Shown: positions 8,886 through 19,406, numbered from the stretch's first letter. The stretch is DNA of 64,000 nt from an uncultured Nitrospiraceae bacterium (GCA_963706325.1 CAVPLT010000004.1:768001-832000); one strand, 5' to 3'. Made by a program: numbers and translations. The notes: a model not told the origin generated them from the sequence alone.

Positions 8886-10145
8886 ATGCAGAGAGATAAG
8901 CGGGTACATGAGCCTCGAGTTCTTGCCTTGATTCTGGCGGGAGGGAAGGGCGAACGCCTTATGCCATTGACGCAGGCGCGCAGCAAGCCCTCAGTTCCTT
9001 TCGGAGGCACGTACCGGATCATCGATTTCGTGCTGAGTAACTTTTATAACTCCGGCATTTTGGGTATGCACGTCATGGTGCAGTACCGGGCGCAATCCCT
9101 CATTGAGCATTTGAGGAAGGCGTGGCGAATCGGTGATGGGGATAGGCAGTTTGTGACAGTCGTCCCTCCACAAATGAATTCCGGGGCCGGGTGGTATGAA
9201 GGAACGGCCGATGCGGTGTTCCAGAATATGAATCTAATTCGTGATTTCACTCCGGATATCGTTGCAGTCTTCGGCGCAGACCATATTTATCGGATGGACA
9301 TTCGCCAGATGTTGCGCTTCCATATGGAATGCGAAGCCGATGTGTCGGTGGCGACGCTCCCGGTTCCGACTGCGTCTGCTGGAGGCTTTGGGATCGTCGA
9401 GGTTGACCGAAACCAGCGAATAGTTGGATTTGAAGAGAAACCACCTGTCCCTAAATCCATTCCGGGAGATCCGACTCGCGCCCTTTCTTCTATGGGGAAT
9501 TACCTGTTCAGTACCGGCTTGTTGATCCAGGCTTTGGAGGAAGATGCCAAGAGCGGAAGCTCGCATGATTTTGGTCGAGACATCTTGCCACGGCTGTTGG
9601 GGACTCATCGCGTGATGGCATACAATTTCCAGGAAAATGAGGTGCCTGGGGTTGCGCATTATGAAGAGCCGGCGTATTGGCGAGATGTCGGCAGCATCCA
9701 GGCCTACTGGCAGGCCAACATGGACCTATTGGGTGACTCACCTGCCTGTAACCTTCGGAACCGCGACTGGCCCATCCGCACAGAACCATCGAGCGGTCCG
9801 CCAGCCAGTTTCGTCAACTGCTATCTTGATCACACTTTGATCGGTGAAGGGAGTCTTTTGATAGAGGCCGATGTCCGGCGTAGTATAATCGGACGCCACG
9901 TGAGGATTGAAGCGGGGGCCCAGATTGAGGATTCCATCATCTTCGATCATACGCATATCGGGTCCGGCGCGAGGCTGCATCGTGTCATCGTCGATCGTCA
10001 GAATGAGATTCGAGCCGGTGTCGAGGTTGGAAGCGGTGACGCAGCATCGAGTTCTGGAATCGCATGGACGACTTCAGGTCTGACGGTCCTGCCCAAACCG
10101 TCCCCACCGCCTCAAGCGCATAAAGATCGGCTGTCGCCCCACTAA
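8886..10145 (+). CDS. glgC: Glucose-1-phosphate adenylyltransferase
   Basis: LAGGKGERLMPLT..RSKPSVPFGG.YRIIDF, GTADAV, DHIYRMD, FEEKP, SMGNY, YWRDVG. Confidence 0.95.
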   Translation: MQRDKRVHEPRVLALILAGGKGERLMPLTQARSKPSVPFGGTYRIIDFVLSNFYNSGILGMHVMVQYRAQSLIEHLRKAWRIGDGDRQFVTVVPPQMNSGAGWYEGTADAVFQNMNLIRDFTPDIVAVFGADHIYRMDIRQMLRFHMECEADVSVATLPVPTASAGGFGIVEVDRNQRIVGFEEKPPVPKSIPGDPTRALSSMGNYLFSTGLLIQALEEDAKSGSSHDFGRDILPRLLGTHRVMAYNFQENEVPGVAHYEEPAYWRDVGSIQAYWQANMDLLGDSPACNLRNRDWPIRTEPSSGPPASFVNCYLDHTLIGEGSLLIEADVRRSIIGRHVRIEAGAQIEDSIIFDHTHIGSGARLHRVIVDRQNEIRAGVEVGSGDAASSSGIAWTTSGLTVLPKPSPPPQAHKDRLSPH

Positions 10146-10174
10146 CCGACCTACATTTTTATTCGTGAGATAAC

Positions 10175-13066
10175 ATGCCACGTATCCCAGTCGCCACCTA
10201 TCGCCTCCAGATGAACCATACGTTCACATTTCGCGACGCCACCCGTGTCGTGCCCTACCTGCATGCATTGGGGATCACGGATTGCTACACCTCGTCTCTC
10301 TTGAAAGCCGTTCCGGGGAGCATGCACGGGTATGACCTTGTGGACCCTGGCGTCTTGAATCCAGAATTAGGAACGGAGCAAGACTTTCAGGATTTTACTG
10401 CGGCGCTTAAGCAGCATGACATGGGACTCTTGATCGATGTCGTGCCGAATCATATGGGGATCAGCACCACGGACAATCGCTGGTGGTGGGATGTGTTGGA
10501 GCACGGGCCCAGCTCGAGGTATGCGACGGCGTTCGATATCGACTGGTCTCCACTGAAGCGGGAATTGGAAGATAAGGTACTCCTCCCGATTCTTGGAGAG
10601 CAATATGGGACGGTGCTGGAAGACCAAGAAATCCGCTTAGTGTATGACAACGGCGGCTTTGTCATTACCTATTACGATCACACGTTTCCTATCGCACCCA
10701 AGTCTTGGACGGCCATCTTATCGTTCCGTTTGGACGAACTTATCGACCGCCTTGGAAAGTCGAACGAGCAAGTACTTGAATTGCAGAGCATCCTCACGGC
10801 ACTACGTAATTTGCCTTCTCGGAATGAGCGCGGCGCGGATCAGGTCGCCGAACGGTATCGCGAAAAGGACATAGTGTGCCGTCGGCTTTCGACCTTGGTC
10901 CTAGGCTGTCCACCCCTTCAGGAACATCTGTTGGCCAACGTCACGACGTATAACGGCACAAAGGGCGACTCCGCGAGTTTTGATCGCCTCGACGCACTGC
11001 TCAACGAACAAAATTACCGACTGGCTTCCTGGAGGGTCGCCTCTGAGGAAATCAATTATCGACGGTTCTTCGATATCAACCAATTGGCTGCCATCCGGAC
11101 CGAGGAGACGAGCGTTTTTCTAGAGTCGCATCAGTTGATATTTCGATTGCTTAAGGACGGTGTGGCAACCGGGTTGCGCATCGATCACGTCGATGGGCTG
11201 TACGACCCCGAACACTACTTGATCCAGCTGCAACAATGGGCGGCTCGTGAGTTGCCTCCCGAGCCAGAAGGGGAGCCGGCCTCACTTTTTATAGTGGTCG
11301 AAAAAATTCTCGGCAAGGGGGAACAGCTTCCAAAGACCTGGCCGGTCGCCGGGACTACCGGCTATGATTTTCTCAATCTAGCTAACGGCTTGTTCGTGAA
11401 TTCGGCTCAGGAACGGGCCATGGATGCGCTGTATACCCGTTTCATCGGGCAGCGGATTGTGTTTGAAGATCTTGTCTATCTCACGAAGAAACTGATCATG
11501 CGCGCCTCGATGTCCAGCGAGATCAATGTACTGGGCCATCAATTGAATCTGCTCTCGGAACGCGATAGACACTATCGGGACTTCACCCTGAATAGCCTCA
11601 CCCACGCGATAGGAGAAATCATTGCTTCCTTTCCAGTGTACCGATCCTACGTCACGTCGGACCAGAAAGAGGTGCTGGAGGGCGATCGGACGTATATTGC
11701 GATTGCGGTGGCGCGCGCCAAGAGGCGCAACCCGGCGCTGAGCAGTCACGTATTCGACTTTGTCCGAGATTTGCTGTTGCGAAAGTTGGACGATCGGACG
11801 AATCTGACCAAAGAAAAACAGATTCGATTCGTGACTAAGTTCCAACAGACCACGAGTCCTGTCACGGCGAAAGGCATCGAGGACACGGCATTTTATCTGT
11901 ACAATCGGCTCACGTCGTTGAACGAAGTCGGTGGTGAGCCCGCACAATTTGGTCTCTCCGTCGAGGCCTTCCACAAACGGATGCGCGAACGCCGCGCAAG
12001 CTGGCCCCATTGTATGCTGGCGACCTCTACGCATGACACCAAGCGTGGGGAAGATGTGCGGGCAAGAATCAACGTGTTGTCGGAGATGCCGGATCGCTGG
12101 AGAAGCGCGATTACTCGGTGGGCGAAGTTCAACAAGCGATTCCGAATTGAAGTCGACGAGATTCACGCGCCGGATCGAAACGAGGAGTACCTCCTGTATC
12201 AAACCCTCGTTGGAGTATGGCCGGTCACCACTATGGACGACGCCCAATACGATGTCTTCATCGGGCGTATCCAAGCCTACATGATCAAGGCGATTCGGGA
12301 AGCCAAGACACATACCAGTTGGGTCAACCCACATGAGGCTTACGAGGAGGCGGTGAGCGGCTTCGTTCGTTCGATCCTCGATCGCTCGACGCGTAATCTG
12401 TTTCTCGAAGACCTGCTTTCTTTTGAGGAATCCCTCTCGGGTCACGGGATGAACAACGGGTTATCCCAGCTCCTCGTGAAACTGACGGCTCCCGGTATCC
12501 CGGACTGTTACCAGGGGACGGAATTGTGGGATCTCACGCTGGTTGACCCGGACAATCGGCGGCCGGTGGATTTCGCCCTTCGATCGGAGATGTTAGGGCA
12601 GCTCAACCAGGTCTGCGAGCAAGACCATGACGACCGCGTTGAGCTGGTGCGCGGCCTCATGAATACGTGGAAGGATAGCCGGATCAAGCTCTACCTCCTC
12701 CATACCGTGCTCCGTCATCGCCGAGGGAATGCACAGCTGTATTTGGAAGGAGATTATGTGCCCCTGGACTGCGAGGGGACATCCCGCTCGCATGTCTGTG
12801 CCTACGCGCGGCTGCACCATGATCTGGCGGTGGTTGTCGTCGTTCCACGTCTGGTGGTCGAGCTCTATGCTGCACCGGGCGCGCCGGACGAAGCGATGTG
12901 GCAGGACACCCGAATAACGGTTCCCTCGTGGAAACCTGGATCAGTCTATCGCAATCTGCTGACCGGGGAACGCCTTGAAACCGTTGCCCAGGGCGAAAGG
13001 CAGGTGCTGCCGCTGGCTCAAATTCTCCAGCACTGCCCTGTGGCGTTGCTCGAACGCTGCTCATAA
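10175..13066 (+). CDS. treY: Malto-oligosyltrehalose synthase
   Basis: PVATYRLQ, HGYD, DVVPNHMG, INYRRFFDIN, GLRIDHVDGL, STHDTKRGED, LVDPDNRRPVD. Confidence 0.95.
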   Translation: MPRIPVATYRLQMNHTFTFRDATRVVPYLHALGITDCYTSSLLKAVPGSMHGYDLVDPGVLNPELGTEQDFQDFTAALKQHDMGLLIDVVPNHMGISTTDNRWWWDVLEHGPSSRYATAFDIDWSPLKRELEDKVLLPILGEQYGTVLEDQEIRLVYDNGGFVITYYDHTFPIAPKSWTAILSFRLDELIDRLGKSNEQVLELQSILTALRNLPSRNERGADQVAERYREKDIVCRRLSTLVLGCPPLQEHLLANVTTYNGTKGDSASFDRLDALLNEQNYRLASWRVASEEINYRRFFDINQLAAIRTEETSVFLESHQLIFRLLKDGVATGLRIDHVDGLYDPEHYLIQLQQWAARELPPEPEGEPASLFIVVEKILGKGEQLPKTWPVAGTTGYDFLNLANGLFVNSAQERAMDALYTRFIGQRIVFEDLVYLTKKLIMRASMSSEINVLGHQLNLLSERDRHYRDFTLNSLTHAIGEIIASFPVYRSYVTSDQKEVLEGDRTYIAIAVARAKRRNPALSSHVFDFVRDLLLRKLDDRTNLTKEKQIRFVTKFQQTTSPVTAKGIEDTAFYLYNRLTSLNEVGGEPAQFGLSVEAFHKRMRERRASWPHCMLATSTHDTKRGEDVRARINVLSEMPDRWRSAITRWAKFNKRFRIEVDEIHAPDRNEEYLLYQTLVGVWPVTTMDDAQYDVFIGRIQAYMIKAIREAKTHTSWVNPHEAYEEAVSGFVRSILDRSTRNLFLEDLLSFEESLSGHGMNNGLSQLLVKLTAPGIPDCYQGTELWDLTLVDPDNRRPVDFALRSEMLGQLNQVCEQDHDDRVELVRGLMNTWKDSRIKLYLLHTVLRHRRGNAQLYLEGDYVPLDCEGTSRSHVCAYARLHHDLAVVVVVPRLVVELYAAPGAPDEAMWQDTRITVPSWKPGSVYRNLLTGERLETVAQGERQVLPLAQILQHCPVALLERCS

Positions 13067-13259
13067 TTATTACCGGTCATGTTTACGGAGGGTCTCTCGC
13101 CGGCTTCCTCCGCTCCAGCATCCGCCATAATCCGACCGACTTAGAGATCCCTATCACGTCCCCAATCAAGTGGAAGCTGTACCGCGCAAGAGGTCGATCG
13201 GACACCTGGCTCTTCTCCTATTTTGCACTACAGCAACGTATATTCTCCCGTTCGACTAT

Positions 13260-13322
13260 CCAGGAATCACGCTAGTTCTAGGGTACTCCCTAGCTGTTGG
13301 TTAGATGCCACGGCGTTAAGGA
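13260..13322 (+). promoter_or_regulatory. Tandem palindromic boxes upstream of the PRC-barrel genes
   Basis: CCAGG-AATCAC-GCTAG (13260-13275), then the perfect CTAGG-GTACTC-CCTAG (13278-13293); TAAGGA(T) lies 23 nt downstream. Confidence 0.65.
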
Positions 13323-13521
13323 TAGGTATACCTAGTTGAGTCAGTGCGAGTCGGTAACGGTGGTTTAAAGAGAACGTATGCAGGGAGACAGGGAGGATCA
13401 GAAGTAAGCGGTGAAGGGTTCAGGCTGCCTTCGGAAACCGATTGCGAAGTCAAAAAAAGTCGAAGGCCGCATGATAGTGGGCATTGGGGCAACGTATCTA
13501 CAACCATAGGGAGGGAAAAGG

Positions 13522-13881
13522 ATGGCGACAAAAGTTGGGCGTCAGCTATTACCCGCATCCACCATCGAGGGCACGGCGGTACAAAATGCTGCCGGGGAAG
13601 ACCTTGGTGAGATTAACGAGCTGATGATCGATATGGAAAAAGGCCGCATAGCTTACGCGGTGCTTTCTTTCGGTGGGTTCCTGGGCATGGGTGACAAATT
13701 ATTCGCGATTCCTTGGGAGGCTCTGAATATTAGTCCTGGAGGTGACGTCTTCATTCTCAATGTGCCGCGTGAAAAGTTGGATAATGCGCCAGGATTCGAC
13801 AAGGATAGTTGGCCTGACTGGGCCGATTCATCCTGGGGAGAGACGGTCCATACCTACTATGGATATAAGCCGTATTGGTGA
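13522..13881 (+). CDS. PRC-barrel domain protein
   Basis: GEDLGEINELMID...GRIAYAVLSFGGFLGMGDKLFAIPW...APGFDKD.WP. Confidence 0.92.
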   Translation: MATKVGRQLLPASTIEGTAVQNAAGEDLGEINELMIDMEKGRIAYAVLSFGGFLGMGDKLFAIPWEALNISPGGDVFILNVPREKLDNAPGFDKDSWPDWADSSWGETVHTYYGYKPYW

Positions 13882-13951
13882 TGGAGTGAGTCAGATGTCC
13901 GTCGTCGCGACAGTGTCAGCTTTTAATACTCTTTACAAAGGAGCGTAATCT

Positions 13952-14665
13952 ATGACACGTCAAATTGGAATTTATGCGGGAACGATTGCTATGGCGCTTA
14001 CGATTGCGACGCCAGGTTTTAGCCAGGTTTCGACAGGGTCGGGGGCTCCGCCTCCGGACTCCACGATGGGCAAAGGCGCTGGAACGGGCGCTCCAACAGA
14101 GCCGCACAAAACGGACAAAAAGTCCGATTTGACAGGTGGGAAGCAGGGAATACCGGAAGAATACGCAGATACCCCCGTTCGCCAGGGCCAACTCGTAGAA
14201 GTCAAAGACAGCAAGTATCTCAATGCGACGGTCTATAGCACGAGTGGGCAGGAGATCGGCAAAATCCAACAGGTCATGAAAGATACCAAGACTGACGATA
14301 TCGAATACGTCATCTATGTCTCCAATGACTCCAAACGACCCCAGCCAATCAGGTGGAGTCTGTTTCAAACCAAGGGCGATAAATTACAGCTTACCTTGAA
14401 GAAGGAAGAGACCCAAAATGCTGTGCCTATGAGCAGCAGCCAGGATAGATCTCCAGACATCCAGGAATACAAGGACAAGATGGGTCAGGTGCAGGCTGCG
14501 CCGACCGCGCCTGGCAATCCGGGTATCCCGGGCCAAAAAGGTCGTGATGCCACCGGTTCAATGGGAGAAGAGGCGGTGGGTGGAGGAGGACCCAGCGGTA
14601 CGAGTGGGCTGCCTCCGGGAAAAGCGCCGGGCTTTGAGGGTGGCAACCCAAGCAGCCAGCGCTAA
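13952..14665 (+). CDS. Exported PRC-barrel domain protein with low-complexity termini
   Basis: Signal peptide; VYSTSGQEIGKIQQVMKD....IEY PRC-like core; AAGGAG RBS. Confidence 0.8.
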   Translation: MTRQIGIYAGTIAMALTIATPGFSQVSTGSGAPPPDSTMGKGAGTGAPTEPHKTDKKSDLTGGKQGIPEEYADTPVRQGQLVEVKDSKYLNATVYSTSGQEIGKIQQVMKDTKTDDIEYVIYVSNDSKRPQPIRWSLFQTKGDKLQLTLKKEETQNAVPMSSSQDRSPDIQEYKDKMGQVQAAPTAPGNPGIPGQKGRDATGSMGEEAVGGGGPSGTSGLPPGKAPGFEGGNPSSQR

Positions 14666-14685
14666 TCCTTCATAGTTGAACGGAA

Positions 14686-14730
14686 CAACGGGCAGGCGTT
14701 CGAGAGTGCGCCTGCCCGTTGATGTTTTGT
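14686..14730. terminator. Intrinsic terminator between convergent genes
   Basis: 13-bp perfect stem CAACGGGCAGGCG / CGCCTGCCCGTTG (14686-14721) followed by ATGTTTTGT. Confidence 0.65.
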
Positions 14731-14740
14731 CCGGCGAATG

Positions 14741-15844
14741 TCACTGCTGGACCGTAGCGGCAGTAGTTCTGTTTTGTTCTGGGCCAGTGGCCCGGTCCGA
14801 GTTTGAGCCAGTCTTGGCAGACGCTCCCGACACCTGCTCATAGACTCGCAGGTAGTCGCGAACCATGCGTTCCGTTGAAAAGCGCGAATCGAAGACCTGT
14901 CGGCAGCGCGTTCGCTGGAGCACAGAGATATGTCGTACGGATTGCACCATTTCCTCAAACGTCTCACATACAAATCCCGTTACGCCGTGATCGATAATTT
15001 CAGGCACGGATCCTCGCCGGTAAGCAATGACAGGGGTCCCGCAGGCCAGGGATTCGATAAAGACTAGGCCGAACGGTTCCGGCCAGTCGTAGGGACATAA
15101 CTGCGCGTAGGCATCTCCCAAAAAGTCGTCCTTTTCCAGGTCCGTGATCTCGCCGACATATTCAATCAAGGGATGGTCGAGGAGCGGTTCGATCACGGCG
15201 CGATAGTACTCGAAATTACTCGGATCAATTTTGGCTCCAATCCGCAGCGGCATGTCTACACGTTTGGCAATTTCAATAGCTTGATCAAGCCCTTTTTCCG
15301 GGGCCACTCTGCCGAGAAAGGCCAGGTACTTACCTTGGCCGGCATGGAAAGAATAGAGGTTCGTGGGCAGGCCATGATGAACCGTGGCTTGCCAATTCAA
15401 AAATGGGAGGGGTGCCCGTTGGGCCTCTGAAATCGATACGACCGGAAGATCTGCAAATGTTTTAAACACCGGAACGAGTTCCGGCAGATCCAGCCGCGCG
15501 TGAAGAGTCGTCAGGACGGGCGTGGGGCTTCGTCGGGCCAAAGGAAAAGGCAGGAACTCCAAATGTGAATGAATGATATCGAAATCTTTTGCCGAGCTGA
15601 ACACTCGCTCCAGCATAGCCGTCGGAGGCGCGTCATAGTTGGTGATGACTTTAGACAGGCGCAGCGCTTCAGGACACATGGGTACTAGTGTGGCTGTCGT
15701 CGTAGAATCGCCGCTGGCAAATAGGGTCACATCATGACCCTGGCGGACCAGCTCTTCAGTGATGAAGGACACCACTCGCTCTGTGCCTCCATACAAGGTC
15801 GGTGGAACACTTTCCCAAAGCGGCGCCACTTGCGCAATCTTCAT
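14741..15844 (-). CDS. GT4 family glycosyltransferase
   Basis: MKIAQVAPLWESVPP..YGGTERVV, FLGRVAPEKG, EPFGLVFIESLACGTPVI; start at ATG 15844 (GGAGT RBS). Confidence 0.92.
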   Translation of the reverse strand: MKIAQVAPLWESVPPTLYGGTERVVSFITEELVRQGHDVTLFASGDSTTTATLVPMCPEALRLSKVITNYDAPPTAMLERVFSSAKDFDIIHSHLEFLPFPLARRSPTPVLTTLHARLDLPELVPVFKTFADLPVVSISEAQRAPLPFLNWQATVHHGLPTNLYSFHAGQGKYLAFLGRVAPEKGLDQAIEIAKRVDMPLRIGAKIDPSNFEYYRAVIEPLLDHPLIEYVGEITDLEKDDFLGDAYAQLCPYDWPEPFGLVFIESLACGTPVIAYRRGSVPEIIDHGVTGFVCETFEEMVQSVRHISVLQRTRCRQVFDSRFSTERMVRDYLRVYEQVSGASAKTGSNSDRATGPEQNRTTAATVQQ

Positions 15845-15893
15845 GTCTGCGACTCCCTTTGTGATGTGGTGAATAGAATGCCAGGTGAGCGCC

Positions 15894-15938
15894 ATCTTAG
15901 CTGCGGTACTCGCGCGCCCGAACTAGGTGGTTCCCTAG
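15894..15938 (-). promoter_or_regulatory. Palindromic box plus -10 element facing the GT4 gene
   Basis: CTAGG-TGGTTC-CCTAG (15923-15938), 23-nt gap, TAAGAT on the minus strand. Confidence 0.75.
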
Positions 15939-16390
15939 CACTTATCCACCCGACGTTACGGGGGATCACGCCCGATATATGCAACCCGATTCATGCGCTG
16001 TTGCTGCGGAGACTGCTGTGCAGATGGGCCAAACATCCAGTGTCATAGGCGGGGGGAGGAGTCAATGGAGGCACACGCGCCGAAATTCAAAAACACTCGA
16101 TGCGTTGGAGCCCAGACGACCCCTGCTTCATGGCGTTCAAGGTGAATTGGCATGCGTCCTGGAGGAAATCGAGACGCAAGATTAGCGCCCATGAGCTTCC
16201 GGTCTGCATCAAGCGGATTTGGGATCCTGCTCCTTGAAGATGGGGAGGCCACTTTCTCGAAGGGTTTGCTACGTCTATCGTAGGGAGCAACATCGCTGGA
16301 AGCCTTAGCGTGATCGAAATGCTTAGCTCTCGGTCAAGGAGATGAGGAAGGTGGGCAGGTTGCGTTTAGCCTTTTTGATCTCGCTCTCGG

Positions 16391-16714
16391 CTATTTCGAC
16401 GGAGCGGGCTGAGTACCTTGATTCGGCGCTGGCATGGCATTGCCCGAACGAGACCTCTTCTCTGGGTCAATAGACATTTTCGGATCCACGACCGGCGGGG
16501 GGACGACGGCCTTGGGATCGGGGATGGTTGCCGGCTGTTTCTGAATGCCAGGATCGATCCTGGATGGGGGAGCTGGAGGTGCCGGTTGTGGTGTTTGGGC
16601 AGGAGGCGGTTGATTGGGATGACTTGGCCCTGAGCCTGGGTCAGCCGCTGCTACCGAGACGCTAAACCCAGTGAGCAAGATGACGGCTGATAAAACAGGG
16701 ACTCGTACGAACAT
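16391..16714 (-). CDS. Exported proline-rich small protein
   Basis: Signal peptide MFVRVPVLSAVILLTGFSVSVAAA followed by a Pro/Gln-rich body; GGAGGTGA RBS. Confidence 0.7.
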   Translation of the reverse strand: MFVRVPVLSAVILLTGFSVSVAAADPGSGPSHPNQPPPAQTPQPAPPAPPSRIDPGIQKQPATIPDPKAVVPPPVVDPKMSIDPEKRSRSGNAMPAPNQGTQPAPSK

Positions 16715-16748
16715 CTTCACCTCCCGGAATGAAGTCGCTGGCAAACAT

Positions 16749-16794
16749 ATTGTACCGGGCTCCCTGTTTCTCTCGGCACTAGGCGTATCCCTGG
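16749..16794 (-). promoter_or_regulatory. Palindromic box (1 mismatch) plus -10 element
   Basis: CTAGG-CGTATC-CCTGG (16779-16794), 24-nt gap, TACAAT on the minus strand. Confidence 0.65.
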
Positions 16795-16821
16795 ACGGAT
16801 TGTCTTAGGTTGAACTTGGGA

Positions 16822-17151
16822 TTACTTCTTTTTGGCCACTCCGGCGCTATTCATCACACGCGTTACGACGCGCTCGACATTCCCAATTGCCTTCCCGAGC
16901 ACAGTGCCGACAGCTCGGCCGACTTGCTTGGCCGTGCGCGTGGCGTTAGTTGATACGACTGTCGCTTTCTTAGACTTCCGAACAACTTGTTTGACCACTT
17001 TGTTGGCTTTGGACTTCGCAGCGCTGATCGCGGACTTCGTGGTCCGTTTGACGACTTGCGCCGCGGGGCCTGCCTTCAGGCGGCGGACGGAAGCTTTGAG
17101 GGAAGCCGTCTTACGGACGCCGGTGGTTCTTTTTGCGGACGCTTTTTTCAA
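16822..17151 (-). CDS. Very basic Lys/Ala/Arg/Val-rich protein, histone H1-like composition
   Basis: TTG start at 17151 with an AAGGAGA RBS; KKASAKRTTGVRKTASLKASVRRLK...; almost no acidic residues. Confidence 0.6.
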   Translation of the reverse strand: MKKASAKRTTGVRKTASLKASVRRLKAGPAAQVVKRTTKSAISAAKSKANKVVKQVVRKSKKATVVSTNATRTAKQVGRAVGTVLGKAIGNVERVVTRVMNSAGVAKKK

Positions 17152-17350
17152 GGTGTCTCCTTTATGAGGGTGGACGAAGTTCACACGACAATGGCGAAAG
17201 CATACAAGTTTGAAAAGCGACACACAAGAAGAGATTCATCCATGACACGCTCCACGGAATGAAAAGGGTTGTATAGGAGAAAGTTGCCTTGTAGAGTTTA
17301 AAGTGATGTTGCGCAGGATGCGCATCCAGCATACTTATGGTGATAGGCCC

Positions 17351-18654
17351 ATGACCGTCCCATCCAGAATTGAAGACTACGCGCTCATTGGAGATACCCA
17401 CACGGCGGCCCTGCTCTCTCGAGAGGGCTCGCTGGATTGGTTGTGTGTGCCGCGGTTTGATTCGCCGGCCTGCTTCGCCGCCCTCCTGGGGACGACTGAA
17501 CAGGGCCGATGGTTGCTGACGGCGAGCGGCGAGACTACGAGGATCCGGCGGCGCTACCGCGGCGATACGTTGGTACTCGAGACGGAGTATGTGACAGAGA
17601 GCGGCACCGCTAGGGTCCTCGACTTTATGCCGCCTCGCGATCGCGACATCAATGTGGTGCGCATCGTCCAGGGGGTGAAGGGAACGGTGCGGATGCGGAT
17701 GGAAATGACCATCCGCTTCGATTATGGATCGATTGTGCCTTGGGTCAGCCACGAGCGAAGACTGCTCAAGGCCGTCGCCGGACCCGATGATCTCTATTTG
17801 CGAACAGAGGTTGAATTGCGTGGTAAGGGGTTTTCGACGGTGGCTGATTTCACGGTCTCGGAGGGACAGGACATCCCCTTTGTCCTGACCTGGCGTGTTT
17901 CCTCCGACGGCCTTCCGCGCCACATGATCCCCGAACGGGCGCTCTCAGAGACCGAACAGTGGTGGAAGAAATGGTCGTCGGGTTGCACGCATCAAGGCCC
18001 CTGGCGGGAGGCCGTCATCCGTTCACTGATTACATTGAAGGCTCTGACCTACGCTCCGACCGGTGGCATTGTGGCTGCTCCAACGAGGATCGAGCCGTCA
18101 AAGCGATCGAGCGCTGTGGAGTCGACGGGCCGCTCGAACGATGGCGGGCCCTACGCGCGACGATTCACGACCAGGTATGTCGTGATGGGTACGATTCGAA
18201 CCGCGGAACATTCGTGCAATACTATGGCTCAAGCGCTTTGGACGGCAGCTTGCTGATGATTCCACTGGTGGGCTTTCTGCCTCCGTCTGACCCGCGTGTC
18301 CGCGGGACCCTTCGAGCCATCGAACAGGATCTGCAAGTGGAAGGTCTCGTCATGCGTTATCGGCCGGCGGGAGAATTAGATGGATTGCCCGATGGCGAGG
18401 GCGTATTTCTGCCTTGTTCATTCTGGCTGGTTGACAATTTGGTGCTTGCCGGACGGAGAGAGGAAGCTCGTGAACTCTATAGTCGGTTAGTGGGACTGAG
18501 CAACGATGTCGGCCTGCTCTCGGAAGAATACGATTTAAAACATAAACGGCTGGTGGGAAATTTTCCTCAGGCTTTTTCGCATGTGTCATTGATCGATTCG
18601 GCCTATGGTTTTTCGCGGCTGGAGAGTCCGTCCGAACACCGTCAGCGGAGCTAA
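17351..18654 (+). pseudogene. GH15 glucoamylase/trehalase-like gene with an internal deletion and frameshift at about 18086
   Basis: The N-part (IEDYALIGD...SLDWLC.PRFDS...TGGIVAAPT) joins out of frame directly to DRAVKAIE...FLPCSFW...GLLSEEYD...LVGNFPQAFSH. The central TSLPE/RNWDYRY/WE region is absent. Confidence 0.8.
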
Positions 18655-18689
18655 GTCTTCGTATAGGCTCTGGAATTAAGAGGACCCCT

Positions 18690-19385
18690 ATGGAGCGCAA
18701 CACGTCATTTCTGTTCGGCGCAGTCCTGGCCGCATCCCTTGCGGACGATTCTGACAGAGTGTTTGCCGGGGTAACCGAAGGTGCTTCACGCTCGGAGGCC
18801 GCGACGGAATATGGCCAGAGTAAGTCGCCCGTGGCCGAAGGGGTCATCGAACAGTATATTCTTGACCCGCGGGGAGAGGTCGAGGGATTACTGCTGGCAG
18901 ACGGCTCTTATATGTATGTGACATCGCGCGCGGAGGAAGAATTACTGAGCGTCCTGACACCCGGAGATCGTGTGCGCGTATATGGTCGACGCACGCAGGA
19001 TCAAGGATTAATCCAAGCCGATGTGATCAAGAACCTGACCAAAGGAACGTCCTTTGTCGTGCCGTTGCGTCTGGATCTTCCCATGCGGGATCAGGAGCGG
19101 CGACTGTCGGTGACTGAGATGTATGCAAAGGGAACGATACGTGTCCTGCTGTACCATGCATTGAGGGGAATCGTGCAGGGGATGGTGTTGTCTGATGGGA
19201 CGCAAATCCGCTTGCCGCCTGACACTTCTGTAGAACTCCGCCGGTCCTTGCATGTGGGAGACTCGGTGATGATCAGGGGAAATGGGACCGCCAACAAATT
19301 CGGCCGCGCGATCGAGGCGGGCGCCATCGGCAGGGGCATGGGACCTCTCGTCCCATTGGATGTTTCTGTGCGTAGCTTGCCCTGA
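18690..19385 (+). CDS. Hypothetical exported protein with two OB-fold-like repeats
   Basis: Repeats GVIEQYILDPRGEVEGLLLADG..PGDRVRVYG and GTIRVLLYHALRGIVQGMVLSDG..VGDSVMIRG; GAGGA RBS. Confidence 0.7.
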   Translation: MERNTSFLFGAVLAASLADDSDRVFAGVTEGASRSEAATEYGQSKSPVAEGVIEQYILDPRGEVEGLLLADGSYMYVTSRAEEELLSVLTPGDRVRVYGRRTQDQGLIQADVIKNLTKGTSFVVPLRLDLPMRDQERRLSVTEMYAKGTIRVLLYHALRGIVQGMVLSDGTQIRLPPDTSVELRRSLHVGDSVMIRGNGTANKFGRAIEAGAIGRGMGPLVPLDVSVRSLP

Positions 19386-19406
19386 ATGGCGATATGGCGC
19401 GTCTTC

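Noticed and set aside
11378..12445. 355-aa minus-strand ORF, and likewise 59393..60673, 47379..48317 and 4004..4564
   Set aside because: They lie antisense to well-supported genes (treY, ligD, the FAD/Rieske gene, cytochrome c) and have no recognisable motifs.
16065..16240. Short ORF after a strong GGAGGAG RBS (MEAHAPKFKNTRC..., 26 aa), and similar fragments at 24707..24890 and 43495..43752
   Set aside because: They are too short or featureless to support; they may be frameshifted remnants.
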